A stretch of 64,000 nucleotides of DNA. Source: Ostrea edulis (Eukaryota). Under the pieces are notes generated by a model. That model saw nothing but the letters and a program-made list of their open reading frames with translations. It was not told the DNA's origin and made no database searches. The first letter of the stretch is position 1, and every line of letters begins with the position of its first letter. Where the stretch lies: the NCBI RefSeq assembly GCF_947568905.1, contig NC_079165.1:31310001-31374000 (forward strand), in the 5' to 3' direction. Both the position numbers and the translations under genes were made by a program. Shown here piece by piece: positions 36,660-49,642 of the stretch.

Positions 36660-37462
36660 CACAATGATCAATAACTGTTGAAATGAATTTGTTTTTCATA
36701 CAAAGAGGTATATGTTGAGTGACCTTTATAAAATGACCTTGACTGACCTTTGTCTGAATGCCATTTTCCTATTACTTATTTGTGTAATATATGGTTAATA
36801 TCTGTTCAAAAACTCTGAATTAAGGAATTTTTTTTTCTTCATGTAAGGTATATGTTCTGAGTGATTTGGATTTTTGCAAAATGAGCTTGAGGGACCTTGG
36901 TCCAAAAATCAATATCTGTTGAAATGTTCAAATGAAATTTTTTTCATGTATAAGGCGTATGTTTTAAGTGACCTTCACCTCTATAAATGACCTTTTGAAA
37001 GCCATTTGTCAGTTCAAAAACTGTTGAAATAAGGAACTGTTTCCTTAAATAAGATATAAGTTCTGATTGACCTTTTCCTTTCCAAAATGACCTTTAGAGA
37101 CCTTGATCCAAAAGATCAATAACTGTTGAAATGAAGGTTATTTTCTTCGTATACATATAAAGTATATGTTCTGAGTGATCTTAACATTAACAAAATGACC
37201 TTCTAAAAGCCATTTGCCTATTACTTATTTGTGGGATATATGATCGATATCTGTTCAAAAATGGTTGTAATAAGGAACTTGAATATCCTTTTATATGTTC
37301 TGAGTGACTTTGACCTTCCAAAATGACTTTGGTCAGAAATCCCCTGTCCCAATGAATATTTGTGATCAGTTCTGATCAATTTCTGATGAAAGGCTTAGGA
37401 GCTCGGACAGACACGACGGCGACTATGTGTTCCCACGAAAAAAATTTGGGGAGCATAAAACT
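36660..37462 (+). repeat. Degenerate satellite-like array within a Helentron-like element
   Basis: Recurring atatgttctgagtgacctt / aaaatgacctt / ctgttgaaat units; terminal hairpin ttccc...ggggagcataaaa. Confidence 0.55.
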
Positions 37463-37619
37463 GCTACCAAGGTTAATAACTCTTATGATGGGTTTTCTCT
37501 ATGGAATTACTATTATACAATGATTTCCCCGATATCCACGATTAATTTATATCTATATCTATAATTTAAAGTAGCAATCTTATAAACTGTCGACATAAAA
37601 ATTTTGTCATTTTAACTAA

Positions 37620-37622
<3 letters not shown>

Positions 37623-37684
<62 letters not shown>
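37623..37684. repeat. (TA)n microsatellite
   Basis: Direct inspection. Confidence 0.95.
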
Positions 37685-37686
<2 letters not shown>

Positions 37687-37840
37687 TTATGCTGTTTAAT
37701 GAAAATGTGTAATTTTTTAATGTTGACAAACTTTTCTTAATCTATGCCTGACATCTTTAAAATTTCCGTGGCAATTGCTTGCTTTAAGAGCCGATTAAAT
37801 GGGGACGTTTCTTCGGATAAGACCGCACAAACCAAGGCCG

Positions 37841-38281
37841 CGTGTGAATTCCCGGTCTATCTCATCCCTCTTTCGATTCATGTAATCGTTTCAAGCTTTT
37901 TGTAAGCTTTAGAGCATTGATCGGACAGGGCTTCATCTCTTCCACTGGCAGCCAAAAAGGAGGTCACAGAATACGAATTTATGTCCGATCAATGCACGCA
38001 AGATTGTATCAAATAAAAGAGATGAGATGGGTTTTGAGTTGAAGAGACTTGTAGTATGACATCTCCCTGACCTGTCGCTCACCAAACGTCCTTAGGTAAC
38101 GCTGCAATTACTTGGAAAATGTGTCCCGAAACGGGGACCCCTGTTTGTTTAAAAAAAAAAAAAAGTTTCATACCTTGTGTATTTTATCATACCGGTAGAA
38201 GGCCAATCTCTAAAGCTTACAAAAAGCGTGAAACGATTACATAAATTAAACGAGGGATGAGATAGACCGGGAATCCACACG
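37841..38281. mobile_element. MITE with ~70-bp TIRs among Meta-SINE fragments (37790-37845, 38340-38425)
   Basis: cgtgtgaattcccggtctatctcatccct / agggatgagatagaccgggaatccacacg. Confidence 0.7.
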
Positions 38282-38786
38282 TTTTAGAGAAATTATTGCC
38301 ACCCCCAAAAAATATCAGAAAAGCGGGGGTAGTAATATCCATACTTCAGGTGCCTGTGGTTTTGGTGACTTCTCCATATCATATGAGTGAAAAATTCTCG
38401 AGAGAGACGTTAAGCAAGATACACTCAATCAATTACATGTATGTTGTTATCCTTTGGGGCTAGATTGGGGCCACAAGATAATTTTCATCGGAAAATGGGA
38501 TTGATATAAAAATCTTATAAAATTCACAACAGCTGAACAACGGCAGGGCCAAGGTGACTCAGGTGAGCGATGTGGATCATGGGCCTGCTGTTAATTTACA
38601 AGACTCGCTGTGTGTCAATCCTATTTTCCTACGCTTGGTATGCAACCTCCTTCGGTGAATAATCTAACAGTTTACTTAGACCATGATCAGATCTTTGATC
38701 AGTTAAGTTTTTGTGATTCTACATCCTCCTGTCCGAGACATGATCAACGCGGGTATGTTTGGTGATTATCTTATCTGACTTTCTAG

Positions 38787-38991
38787 AGGGCTTCCGTGGG
38801 CGAGTGGTTAGAGCATCGCGCTCAAAATCACACGGCCTCTCACCTCTGTCGGCGCGGGTTCGAATCCTGCTCGCGCCGGTAAGTGAGAAAGTTTCCCAGT
38901 TCCCAGTTGCGGTGGTCTCTTCCCAGGTACATTGCCTCTGGGTTCTCTCTTCCACCAATAAAAACTAGGCGCCATATAACTGAAAAATTGT
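38787..38991 (+). mobile_element. tRNA-derived V-domain-like SINE with 11-bp TSD
   Basis: A and B boxes (gtgggcgagtgg; ggttcgaatcc); TSD tgactttctag at 38776-38786 and 38992-39002. Confidence 0.8.
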
Positions 38992-40192
38992 TGACTTTCT
39001 AGACTGTCAAGACATGATCAGTGCGGGTATGCCTGGTGATTGCTTGACTTTCTAGGCTACTAACCCTTTCTTTCATGAGTTGGTCCACTTCGTTTACTTT
39101 CTTTGTCTTTTTAACTCCATGATTTTCTTTCCCAATACTTTTAGAATCTCACTGGGTACGAGTTTATTTTTACACTGATTACCATAACCAGTAAGCAGTA
39201 ATGCTTTTGAAAATAAACAATTAATACAATACCATAACTAATCAACTCGCCCTCCTTTGAGAATAATTATGTCACCCATTATCTCTTTCGCGTTTTATGT
39301 AGCAGTGCATTGGACGAATAGAACGTGTCCTAATTCGCTTCTTAAGGTATTCAATGTATAATGATCATATTTCATATCTAATAAATGGATGGTGGAATTT
39401 TTGTAATCATGGTATCATTTTGAAGGGTTCATCAAATAAAAATAATCCACCATAGGAATTTCCAAAATTTTGTTTACTGCTTGATTTATTTCACCTAGAA
39501 TTTAACATTGAAGTATATGGGGAAAGCATGTTTTATTACAATATTTTAAAGAGAAGTTATATTTTCATACAAATCTCTTGGTAGAAAGTTATAAACACTT
39601 TCTCTTAGTGAAAATGTGAAATAAAATTAAAAATTGACCATACACATTTTTAGAAAATTAGATTTTTCTTATTTTTACAAAGGGCAGACAACTCTTTTAA
39701 AAAGTCTTAAGTGCAAAAAGGTCAGCTTCTAATCATTTACCAGTCATGTGAATTCCATCTGCTTCACTTTCATCATTATTTAACAATAAACATTTATGTT
39801 GATCTAAATCCTTCAAAATTGTTCATTATCCTTTCATTATACATGGGATAGTTAAATAACTTACCGAGTAGCAAGCCCCAAATATTAACATGGAATTTGC
39901 AATGTATGGATGTTTGTAGATTTAGTGTTATCCTTTTTGTACTTATTTTACTTATGGAAAATGTTTCCGTTTATCCTGAGAAAGGGACAGGTCTTCCCGA
40001 AAATTTTACAACATAATTCTTCATGTCGTTGGTCATTTCAGTATATATATATGTAGATAGATAAAAAGAAAGATATTAATTTCATTAAGTTAAACTTACA
40101 ATATACTATATTTCAAACCTGATTAGGAACAAATAAGACAACACTAAATAGATGATATTATGTTCCTACAAGGCCATTACATATATTTCAAC

Positions 40193-41722
40193 TTAAGAAT
40201 GCAGCCAACTTTCACATACATGAGTCACGGTCTGATTGACCTTATCCACAATGACGTCGATTGGAATGTAGGTGTAAAAATCTGGAAACTCGTTTTGAGG
40301 GTCCCTGTTTTGCCACCTCAAGTAATTTAGATTCCTCCATTGTGCCATGGCTCGGAAGTGATTGTTCTTAGTAGATAAATATCGTGGGTAAAGTTCTATC
40401 AAAGAGGCATGTTTAGGAAGGAGAAGAGTGTATGAAAGACCAGCACCGTGCATCCCAACGAGTATGTCCGTGTTAGCAATGACGTCCAGTTGTTCTTTCA
40501 TGGTCAGTTTGTCAATCTGCATTCCGTTTACCTTGTGATATGGGAAGACTTGTTGCACAGCTCTTTGCATTTCCATTTCGTTTCTTATCTTGCGCTTGAT
40601 TATTCCTCGAGGGTTTCGAGGATGGGAAACATAATCTCTACGCCAAATAAATAGAATTGACAAATTTTCACAGTTAAGTTGTTTACTGTCTTGAACACTA
40701 TATCTTCTAAGAAAAAATTCGCGGAATTCTTCCAGGTATGGAACATGAGGCAACGAATGCTGGTTTATCAGGCTATTATACCCAGTTATACTCCATACAA
40801 GATCTTTGTACGTTGTGGTTTTTGACAAGTGACCCGCTCGGGTCACATGACCGAAAAGTGTTTCCCATGCACTATCGAGTCCACCAGTTGGGTGACTGTC
40901 AATCAAAAGAATAGAGGTAGTATCCGGATCCTTCCTAAAAATTAAAAGCATCAGAAAGGCGTTGAACCAGTCTGTCATGACATGATACATGTTTACATAC
41001 TCGTATCGGGTTACAGCTATCGTGAAGTTATTTATCATTGTTGTTGTCTGTTTTATGTTGTCTGTTGTTGTTTTAACGACAGCAAGCCAGAGTCGTAAGT
41101 GATCTTTTGGTTTGAAGTCATATAGCAACCGTCGACCTTGACAACTAATCTGGAAATATCCTCTATCCAGAATTACGTATTCGTGTTTCTCGGGTTGACC
41201 TATGACCTTTTCTATTGATTCTCCTCCCCTTCTTCCAAAAGAGCGCATTGGATTTAACGTAACGTTCTTTAAGTGAGCAAACAGATTCCTGTAGCCCACA
41301 AAATTACCATTACACAGTTCACGTTTAGTCTCAATCCAGAGGTTCATGGGATCAAGGTCTATAGAGAAATTTGGTTGTAGGTACGCAAGCGCAGACCGCA
41401 TCTTCCTCTGCTGTTCTACTGAGACAATATCTGACGAATCTTCCGTCTGCGATTTGTTTGCTAGTGACAAATTTCTAATCGAAAGTTCCGTTTGATCTTC
41501 TTGTGGCAAAACAGAAATTCGATTACTGTGGAATAAGAAAAGGGCACACAAATAAATGTAGACCAGGGAACCTACCGCTAATGATCGTCTTATACATGTA
41601 CTATTCACAGTTAGTCCTCTCTTCAAGATGGCAACGCCTTTCAGAAAGAACTCCAGAGAAATGAGTAAAATTCGTAGACTAAAGACAAATCGCAGTGTTC
41701 TCCAAACCAAATTATTTGGCAT
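40193..41722 (-). CDS. Glycosyltransferase family 61 (DUF563) protein, beta-1,2-xylosyltransferase-like, intronless CDS
   Basis: 509-aa ORF; N-terminal TM anchor; motifs TRYEYVNMYHVMTDWF, WRRDYVSHPR and DILVGMHGAGL. Confidence 0.9.
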   Translation of the reverse strand: MPNNLVWRTLRFVFSLRILLISLEFFLKGVAILKRGLTVNSTCIRRSLAVGSLVYIYLCALFLFHSNRISVLPQEDQTELSIRNLSLANKSQTEDSSDIVSVEQQRKMRSALAYLQPNFSIDLDPMNLWIETKRELCNGNFVGYRNLFAHLKNVTLNPMRSFGRRGGESIEKVIGQPEKHEYVILDRGYFQISCQGRRLLYDFKPKDHLRLWLAVVKTTTDNIKQTTTMINNFTIAVTRYEYVNMYHVMTDWFNAFLMLLIFRKDPDTTSILLIDSHPTGGLDSAWETLFGHVTRAGHLSKTTTYKDLVWSITGYNSLINQHSLPHVPYLEEFREFFLRRYSVQDSKQLNCENLSILFIWRRDYVSHPRNPRGIIKRKIRNEMEMQRAVQQVFPYHKVNGMQIDKLTMKEQLDVIANTDILVGMHGAGLSYTLLLPKHASLIELYPRYLSTKNNHFRAMAQWRNLNYLRWQNRDPQNEFPDFYTYIPIDVIVDKVNQTVTHVCESWLHS

Positions 41723-42542
41723 TGCTGTTGTGTCCTCGGATATATTAAATTAAAGGTTTGAAGTCATTTAGATGGACAAAAAGAGTCGCTCACACGGACG
41801 AGTGATTGCTCCTGGTTATCAGTCATTTAAAAGTCGCCAACAGTCTGGTGCGTATAGACAGAAATTCGTTCGTGCACATTTATAGTCATTTCGATAACTT
41901 GGTGGATTTCTTGTCCCGGATATATTAACTGACCCGGGTGTTTTCATGTTCACCATATACATGTTATGTACTAGTACACAAGTAGTGATTTACCGTCTGT
42001 CTTGCGGCTACGCGGAAGAAGCATATGGATTACCCGAGGTACAAGACTCTGTAATATTACAGTACCATGTTTGATAATGATTCGTGGGACATATCTTGTT
42101 TATTTCTGTATTTATCTCCCTCTCGATCATTATTCTTCACCTGATCTATATGAGGTCGGCAACCAGTCATTATTCCTTAAATTTACCAAATGAAAAATTT
42201 GTTGCAATATATATTTCAAACCGAAAGAATTCTCAGGACATATCTATATGTACTATTGTTTTCTTAGTAATAAATAAGGTCATTTTAAATACACACATAA
42301 ACGTCCATGATGAAGGCCTTTCCGGAATATAGACGTTTTGTAAGAGGGCGACTTCGATTCGTACTCTCGAATACGTACTTACTTAGTAGAGTAAATTCTT
42401 ACTCCCATGTTTAATACTCCTGTCAATCACATCCTTCGCTTGAAAACTGACACATGCGCAGTATCATTACAAGTTCGCCATATTGCTACCCACTCTAACC
42501 CCTCGTAGAAGGCATGGTTAGTGTAGGGTAGAGTTCAACAAT

Positions 42543-42951
42543 CAGTGGCGGATTTAGAGGGGGCGCATCCCTCTAAAATTTTCAAATTTAAGGTAAATCG
42601 CTGTGTCTTGTTTCGGAAAATGTCCTAAACGATAAAAGTAGCAATAATTTCTTCCACTCCCGGGGAAATAAATGGCAAAATCCTTTGATTTCTTGAATTA
42701 CTTTATTGGGAGAACTTAATTTTTTCCAAAAAACCCTTAAAATTTGGGTCATTTTATTAATTTCACCTTATTAAAATGACAGAAAATAGTACAAATGACT
42801 TAATAGGAGAAATATTTCAAGCCCCATAAAATCTGTAAAATCCAGGAGCTTCCGGGGGCTTCACCCCCTGGACCCCACCAGGGCTTCTCCTTGCACCCAC
42901 TGCCTCATAAAGAGGCGCCCCCCGTAACCACAATTCCTGGATCCGCCCCTG
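42543..42951. mobile_element. MITE with CAG..CTG ends and 5-bp TSD
   Basis: cagtggcggat / atccgcccctg; acaat at 42538-42542 and 42952-42956. Confidence 0.7.
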
Positions 42952-43491
42952 ACAATACGTCATAAGAGTTGAAATTCTCTTCGTTCGACAAACGCCTTTG
43001 AAATGTCTGCTGCTATCGCTCTTTCCCAAATGGTGACGTTTTAGTCAGTTGCCATTGGAGTGCTGACAAAGTACCGAAGTGACTAGAATATACTTTGCAA
43101 AAGAGGGAGTGACAGACACTTTTACGTTTTCTTTCAGCAACTTTTAACGAAGATTTATTAAGGGAAAGTCGAAAGATGTAAAATTCTTAAAGTGAAGATA
43201 ATATTAACATTGCTTCGTGTGGCTTAGTATGCAACAGATAAATATTTAGACATATGATTTCTTAGTAACTAGAAGTATTACAATTAATAATGATTATATT
43301 TTAGACAACTTACCTGAAATCGTAATATTAATCCTATTGTAATAGGTAGAATTCATCTGTTTCTATTTTCGATAGATCACACAATATATATAGATAACAT
43401 TACCGAAATTTCTCATTAATTTTTTTTCATTGTCTACCAACCTTCTACTCTGGGTTTCTCTATTGTTCTCTCTGTTTCATATTTCCATTTA

Positions 43492-43752
43492 ATCCCGTGA
43501 GGATCCGGATTAGAATTGGTCCTCAGTACCCCTTGCTTGTCGTAAGAGGCGACTAAATGGGGCGGTCCTTCGGATGAGACCGCAAAAACCGAGGTCCCGT
43601 TTCACAGCAGGTGTGGCACGATAAAGATTCATTCCTGCTCAAAGGCCGTAAGCGCCGAGCATAGGCCTAAATTCTGCAGCCCTTCACCGGCAATGGTGAA
43701 GTCTCCATGTGAGTGAAAAATTCTCAAGAGGGACGTAAAAATAATATTCAAT
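43492..43752 (+). mobile_element. Meta-domain-like SINE
   Basis: Same family as 27117-27346. Confidence 0.8.
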
Positions 43753-44599
43753 GTACAGCCAACCTATTTCCATTTGACGACAAATGTACTGACGATTGTT
43801 TCTAACTCGAAAATGAGCGCCTACATATCTATACATACACTAAAGATTAAAAACTCCCAAATACACTGTGATTTGATGAATAATGACCCTACAATATGTA
43901 AAGCCTCTCATGAAATAGTGTTACCTCCTTTCTATATTGATATCTAATTTATTTAATATCTAACTAGATGCAATCAGGTGATAAAACATGTACACAGATG
44001 CAAAATATATCAAAAGATGATGTGTGGATCGCTTAAAAACCGAACACCCTTCTCCGGCGCCCAAATGTACACAAAGGACATATGACTAAAAGCATATACG
44101 AGGACTGTTCGAACGCTGTCGTCCTAATTAGCTAAAATTTGTATAGGTAAACTGTTTTGGCTTGGTGGGGATGGTGTTCTGTTTTTACAGGTAAATATGT
44201 AAGCATGACTTTGCTAACTGATTTAAGGTAATCACAATGATATTAAATCATTTGAAATTTCTTTTTATTTCTTGAAGAAAAAAATTTCTTGTCGGAATTA
44301 TGTTAAGAAACTGATTCCATGAAATCATAATGATGGAAATAAAGTTGCGACACATCACCTGAATATTCTCCATTTTCTGAGCATACGTGTAGCATGAAAA
44401 ATTGGTCATTAGTTGGAATAAAGAACTAGGAATATTTTTCATGTTTTATTCAGTTCATAAATTGCTTAAAGTAGCTTAGAGTTTCAGAAACATACTTTCA
44501 TTATTAATGATACAATATGTGTGTGATTTACAATTGAATTGTATTGAAATCACTTCAATTGATATTAGTCTAATGTCTAATTGATAATATTTCACACAT

Positions 44600-45887
44600 G
44601 TGTACCAATTTTAGTAGATTTTTACATTTCACACATTCACAGTATGCCCTGATGATATCACTGTAGATGGAGTAGGTGGGAGACGTATACTCCATCACTC
44701 CGATGTTGTTCTGACGAAGTCTGTCCTTCACCTGCTGAATGCGCTGGTCCAGCTGCTGGTATTTCCTTTTCCTATGTCTTACTATACCTCTGCTATCAAG
44801 TGGAATCATTTTGGCCTCATTAGAAGCCTGCGCTCTTTGGATTATCTGGATGAAGAAGAAGATATTTGGATGAGGTCGTCGACACATAACATTCAATTTG
44901 TTATGCCATCCCTCCACTACGTTGGTTGATTGTTAAGTGAGTCCAGTGGCGGAGGTGGCCTTCAACCCAGATCTCGGTTACGTAGTCCTTAAATCACAGC
45001 ACATTCTCCACGATGTTTTCGGGTACCAAGGGAACAACAGTCGCTCTCCTTACAAGTTGATGGAAATATTCATCCTCTCTAAACGTAACCTCCAGTCCAG
45101 TGGATTGAACTTTCCTCCATTTGCGCTGTGTGTAGTGAAAGAAGCATCCCTTGGTGGAAGTTAGCAGAAAACTGGCTCGGATTGCGTTATGAGCGGCAAC
45201 TTCGGAATCCAGGATCCAATGTCCTGGTGTCAGCATAGACGGTCTCTCATGGACTGCATTCTTCAGGAGAGTAGAGAAGCGCTCGTACGTGTCCTCAGTC
45301 TTGTTTGACAGCAATCCAAACACAAGAGGAAATACAGTTCCATTTACTTTAGCATAGAGAATGTACAGTTGAGTGAACAATGTCGAGCAGGAATGAAATG
45401 TCCCATCACTAAACATCATCTCTGAAGCGCATAGTTTCACCAAATTGGCATCGGTAGCAAACACTAGTATACGGTCCCCTTGAGGATCGATATTCTCACA
45501 GAGTAGAAGCATTTTCCCGGCCAAAGTTCTGCCCTATGTTCCCTAGGTGTCGATCTCTTCTTGGGATGTTGGCAGTTCCGGTGTGGTCTTGGCACAGCTT
45601 TTGCATTAGGAGGGACTACATGCCTGGAATGTTGGAATCCAGCACAGTATTGTCATATTCTGTGTTCCGAAGTCCTCCAAACTCCTCATCATGAATAGCA
45701 TGGTGTTATTTCTACTCTATAACACTTCTTCACACCGGGCCACTGATGGAAGATTCAGCACCCAGACGACCAAGTGGGGGGTCTGCCAAAGTCACAAGGA
45801 TATTTTCAGATGTTGTCACAGTAGCAGGACGTTGTCAACACACCGCGAGTATTTTCTTTCGTTGTGGTAGTTGATTATGAATAGCAT
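44600..45887 (-). pseudogene. MULE (Mutator-like) transposase relic
   Basis: SDGTF, PLVFGLL..K...Y, GCFFHYTQ and EGWHNKLN motifs; stops and frameshifts. Confidence 0.85.
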
Positions 45888-46825
45888 GGATCTGTAGCTG
45901 ATTTTACAGTACTTGATTTTAATGAATGGTCTGATCACGCCCCAATATATCTTTCTTTTGATAAATGTACGGAAAAATTTCTGGATCAGAATATTCAGGA
46001 TTCCAAAGGTACATGTAATAATAGGTTTTTATATACTATTGGATATATGTATATCTATTATCTGAAATGAGAGTTGATTTACAAAATGTACTACATGAGT
46101 TAAGTTGTATGTTCTGTGGAAGATGGTGTACATATCTTTAAATTTCTAAATTTACACATTGTTTGAATGAGGTTTTGTGCCCTTTTGTAGACATTGTATA
46201 TATGATAAACAAAGAAGTAAAGATGTCATCAGGGACAAGCCTTGGCTTGACGAAAGATGTAGAAATATATATATGATTCACAAAGAAAAACTGTATTCAT
46301 TTAACAGATGTAGAAATCATTTTAATAGAAAGCGGTTGATTGAATGTAAGAGGACTATTAGAGATGTCACAATAACCACTGAAGAAATCCGTGGTAAGTA
46401 TTTAAATTAGATTTAGATATACATGCTCCAAGACATCGCAGGACAGTACCATTTTTATTTTTATATTTATTTATTCATTTGGTAGCTTGCCTACCATTCA
46501 TAATGAACGATTATAAAGCGATAACATTCTTTACCCTAAATTAAGACTTTCACAATATCGTTTCATTAATGTTGTGGCTGATATTAAATATCATGAGTTT
46601 TTACGCCCTGAAAAAAGTGCTTTGAATCAAAATATCAAATGCCTTTTTTATGAAAACGCACAACAACAACAACAAACAAACAAAAACAAAAAAACAAAAA
46701 AAAAAAAACAAAAAAAAAAACAAAAAAACATGGAGCATTCAAACATTCAGTCGGTTATATAATTTTTAAAATATTTACGTAGTTATTGGAATCTTCTCAA
46801 AGTATACAAAATTTTATTGTCTTCG

Positions 46826-46997
46826 AGATCAGGATATAGGGCTCACGGCGGGTGTGACAGGTCAACAGGGGATGCTTACTCCTCCTAGGCACCTGATCCC
46901 ACCCCTGGTGTGTCCAAGGGTCCGTGTTTGCCCAACTATCTATTTTGTATTGCTTATAGGAGTTATGAGATTGATCACTGTTCGTTATCTTCACCTT
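46826..46997 (+). mobile_element. Penelope-like (Naiad-type) 3' UTR fragment
   Basis: Near-consensus 3' terminal ~170 bp. Confidence 0.85.
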
Positions 46998-48751
46998 GCA
47001 TTATATAATACAATCTCATCGGAACTTTTTCAAATAGCCCTCGTTCATTTGTATGTCAATTTTAATAGCAGAATCTATTTCAATAAAATAATTGTGGTTG
47101 TCAGTATCTTAGATGGGATTATAGTGCAGTTACTTTTTTCCCTTTTTTAAGTTATCTTTTAATGAGTTTATATGATCAGTCAAAATGTGAGTTAACTTGC
47201 AGTCCAAATTTCGACATATTTATTTTCTTCAGAAACCCACGCCAGAAAATTGTGAAGTATTGCCATAAATGAACTTTTTTTAAATTTATGTTTAAAAAAA
47301 AAATTCTGTCATGGGAAGGGGGGGGGGGGCTTAAGTAGATCTGGAATTTTACTCGTTCACATTTTGAATGCTCAAATAAAAGAAAACCCAAATTTTAAAT
47401 CATATAAAGTCGATGCATTATTATAAACCGTTTCTTTTTTCTTCAACTTAGTCTGCAGAATCAGAACTTTTTAAACCATGTTAATTTTTGTTTACAAACA
47501 ACCATAAGTATTATATGACTGTAAAACACCACGCTAAATTACTGAGTAAATGTGATACTAGCATTGGTCACAAGCCCCCTGTGGTGTAGGAAAACTAAGA
47601 GTAGGCCTATATGTTTGACAGTTTGTCGTACTGTGCACCAACTGCAGTAATGTATCTCACCAATATTTGATAAACACATTGGATAAATGCGGTGATGCAT
47701 ATTTTTGTACTCTGAAAAGAAGAGTTTGTGCGTCATAAATATAGGGAGAGTAAGCTATCATTTTCTTTAACATATCCGGATCGCATTGCCCGCAACGTGT
47801 GCATTCCGTATTTAGTGTATGTATTGGATTTCCTACATGTGTTCCCTTGATTGACAAGTGAAGTGAGATATTTTTCTAGCTTATTCTTACTATTACCAGA
47901 CTACATAGGTGGGTTAGATATGATTCATGGTTATGCTAAACTTCATGCTTCAATCAGTCGATGACAATGGCCCTATATGTTCTCGTATGTAATTGACATT
48001 CTAGTCAGCTAGTAATTAGTAAAGTAACGCATGATATTCGGTTCCACTGTAGTGTCTAAGAACCTAGGAATGCTCGGATGTTTGGTTTCTGATCTTTGAG
48101 CTATAGCACATCTATGTTTTAATCACAAAGAAATAATTGAACATATTTATTGTACAGAAATAGTGCCCAGAATTTATACGATATTATATAAAGATGTAAC
48201 AGATAAAGTTAAACACTGAAGGCCATTCTGTATATCTGAATATATGTATCACGAACTTAATGGTCCCATTAAAAATGATATTTTTATCTTTGAAGCAGAA
48301 GGGTTCATAGATCAATGGTATTTAATATATGTGTTCAATTGTACATGTAATTTGTTACTAGAATGTTCTTTTACACATGCACAAATGACATTGTCATAGA
48401 CATGCCAGATTCTGCACACAATATAAAGACTAGTAAAGTAAATTTTATTTAAAGTCGGCACTATATACATTCAACAAATCAAACACAAGCTCCGTAGAGC
48501 TTTTTAACCGACTACCGGTATAAAAAATTGTAAACAATGAAATTGTTATTGACTTCTACCATCTTTGCGCAAGACCAGGCATTCTCACCATCTTGCCTTC
48601 TGACTACCATCAGCATGATCAAACAAGACATATTTTCGAGTAGGTCACAGATTCATAATGTGAATCCCCTATACAGAGTTGTTATTTGTTGCTCTCTTCA
48701 ATCGAATTAGAATCAGACTTCTTAGATCAGCGTCATATACTCTGCGTAAGA

Positions 48752-49260
48752 AGATCTGACATAATCTGACTAGGGGGTCATGTTCATGTGAACTTTATTT
48801 TATCCAATCAGTGCATTGCCTATGAAATCGTCGGTGTTCACAATTCAAGGAAAATGGCTACGATTTTTGGTTTGAAAAAATCCACATTGCAGCTAGATGT
48901 GACGTCACAATGCACCATTTTCGTCAACTGGTGTTATATTCCTCGCATTAATTAAGTAAACCATATTGAAAACTATTTAAATTGTACCCATTCCTATTCA
49001 TACATAAATCAGAATAATTTAATTTGGGTGTATTTTATATCATACATTTTGTTGTTTGTATGAACGGAATAGATTAGGCATTATTGCAAAAGTTTAAAAT
49101 TCCTTGTGTGAGAATATACAATTTTATAGTGTTGAATAAACTTTGTGGGAGAGAGATTACTGCAACTTGTTTACGAATTACGGGGAACTGCCTAAATAGC
49201 CATTATTGTCTGTATGGCACAATCTGACCGGCTGATAGTTCTCATGAATATTCCAAGCAA
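48752..49260 (+). mobile_element. Truncated copy of the 12682-13515 Mutator-like element
   Basis: Shared internal sequence ttcacaattcaaggaaaatggct...gatagttctcatgaatattccaagc. Confidence 0.8.
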
Positions 49261-49642
49261 AAGTATACTTTCATTAGATAACATGCTTGATGGTTAATGT
49301 AAGGTGTCTCTGACTGTAAGCATTGCAGTGGAGCAGTCTATTGTCTTATTTAAAGTTGTCTGAAGATAGTTTTGTAATATAATGAATATGACATTTTGAT
49401 TTCCGAAAAAAGTTTGATTAGAAATTGCAGATAGACAGACAGACAGTTAGATAGATATTGCATAGTTTAGTTTAAAGATTTTGTACCATTATTTACACTT
49501 CACTTTTTTTAATAAATGAAACATTGAATAGATTTGTGTAATGTGGACATACTTTGACAGTTTGTAGTTGTTACTATTTATATGATTTTGTAAGTATATG
49601 TAGTGCTTTAATATTTCCTTGACTTTTTTTGCAGTAGTCAAG

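Noticed and set aside
38787-38880. tRNA-like sequence with A and B boxes (also 29677-29735)
   Set aside because: No complete cloverleaf or matching acceptor stem; it continues into a SINE body, and the 38787 copy has a TSD, so these are SINE heads.
46150-46410. KPWLDERC-containing ORF
   Set aside because: Probably a very decayed LINE linker fragment; too weak to annotate.
47539-48760. Short minus-strand ORFs upstream of MRPL24 as a divergent gene
   Set aside because: No consistent frame, splice pattern or recognisable domain.
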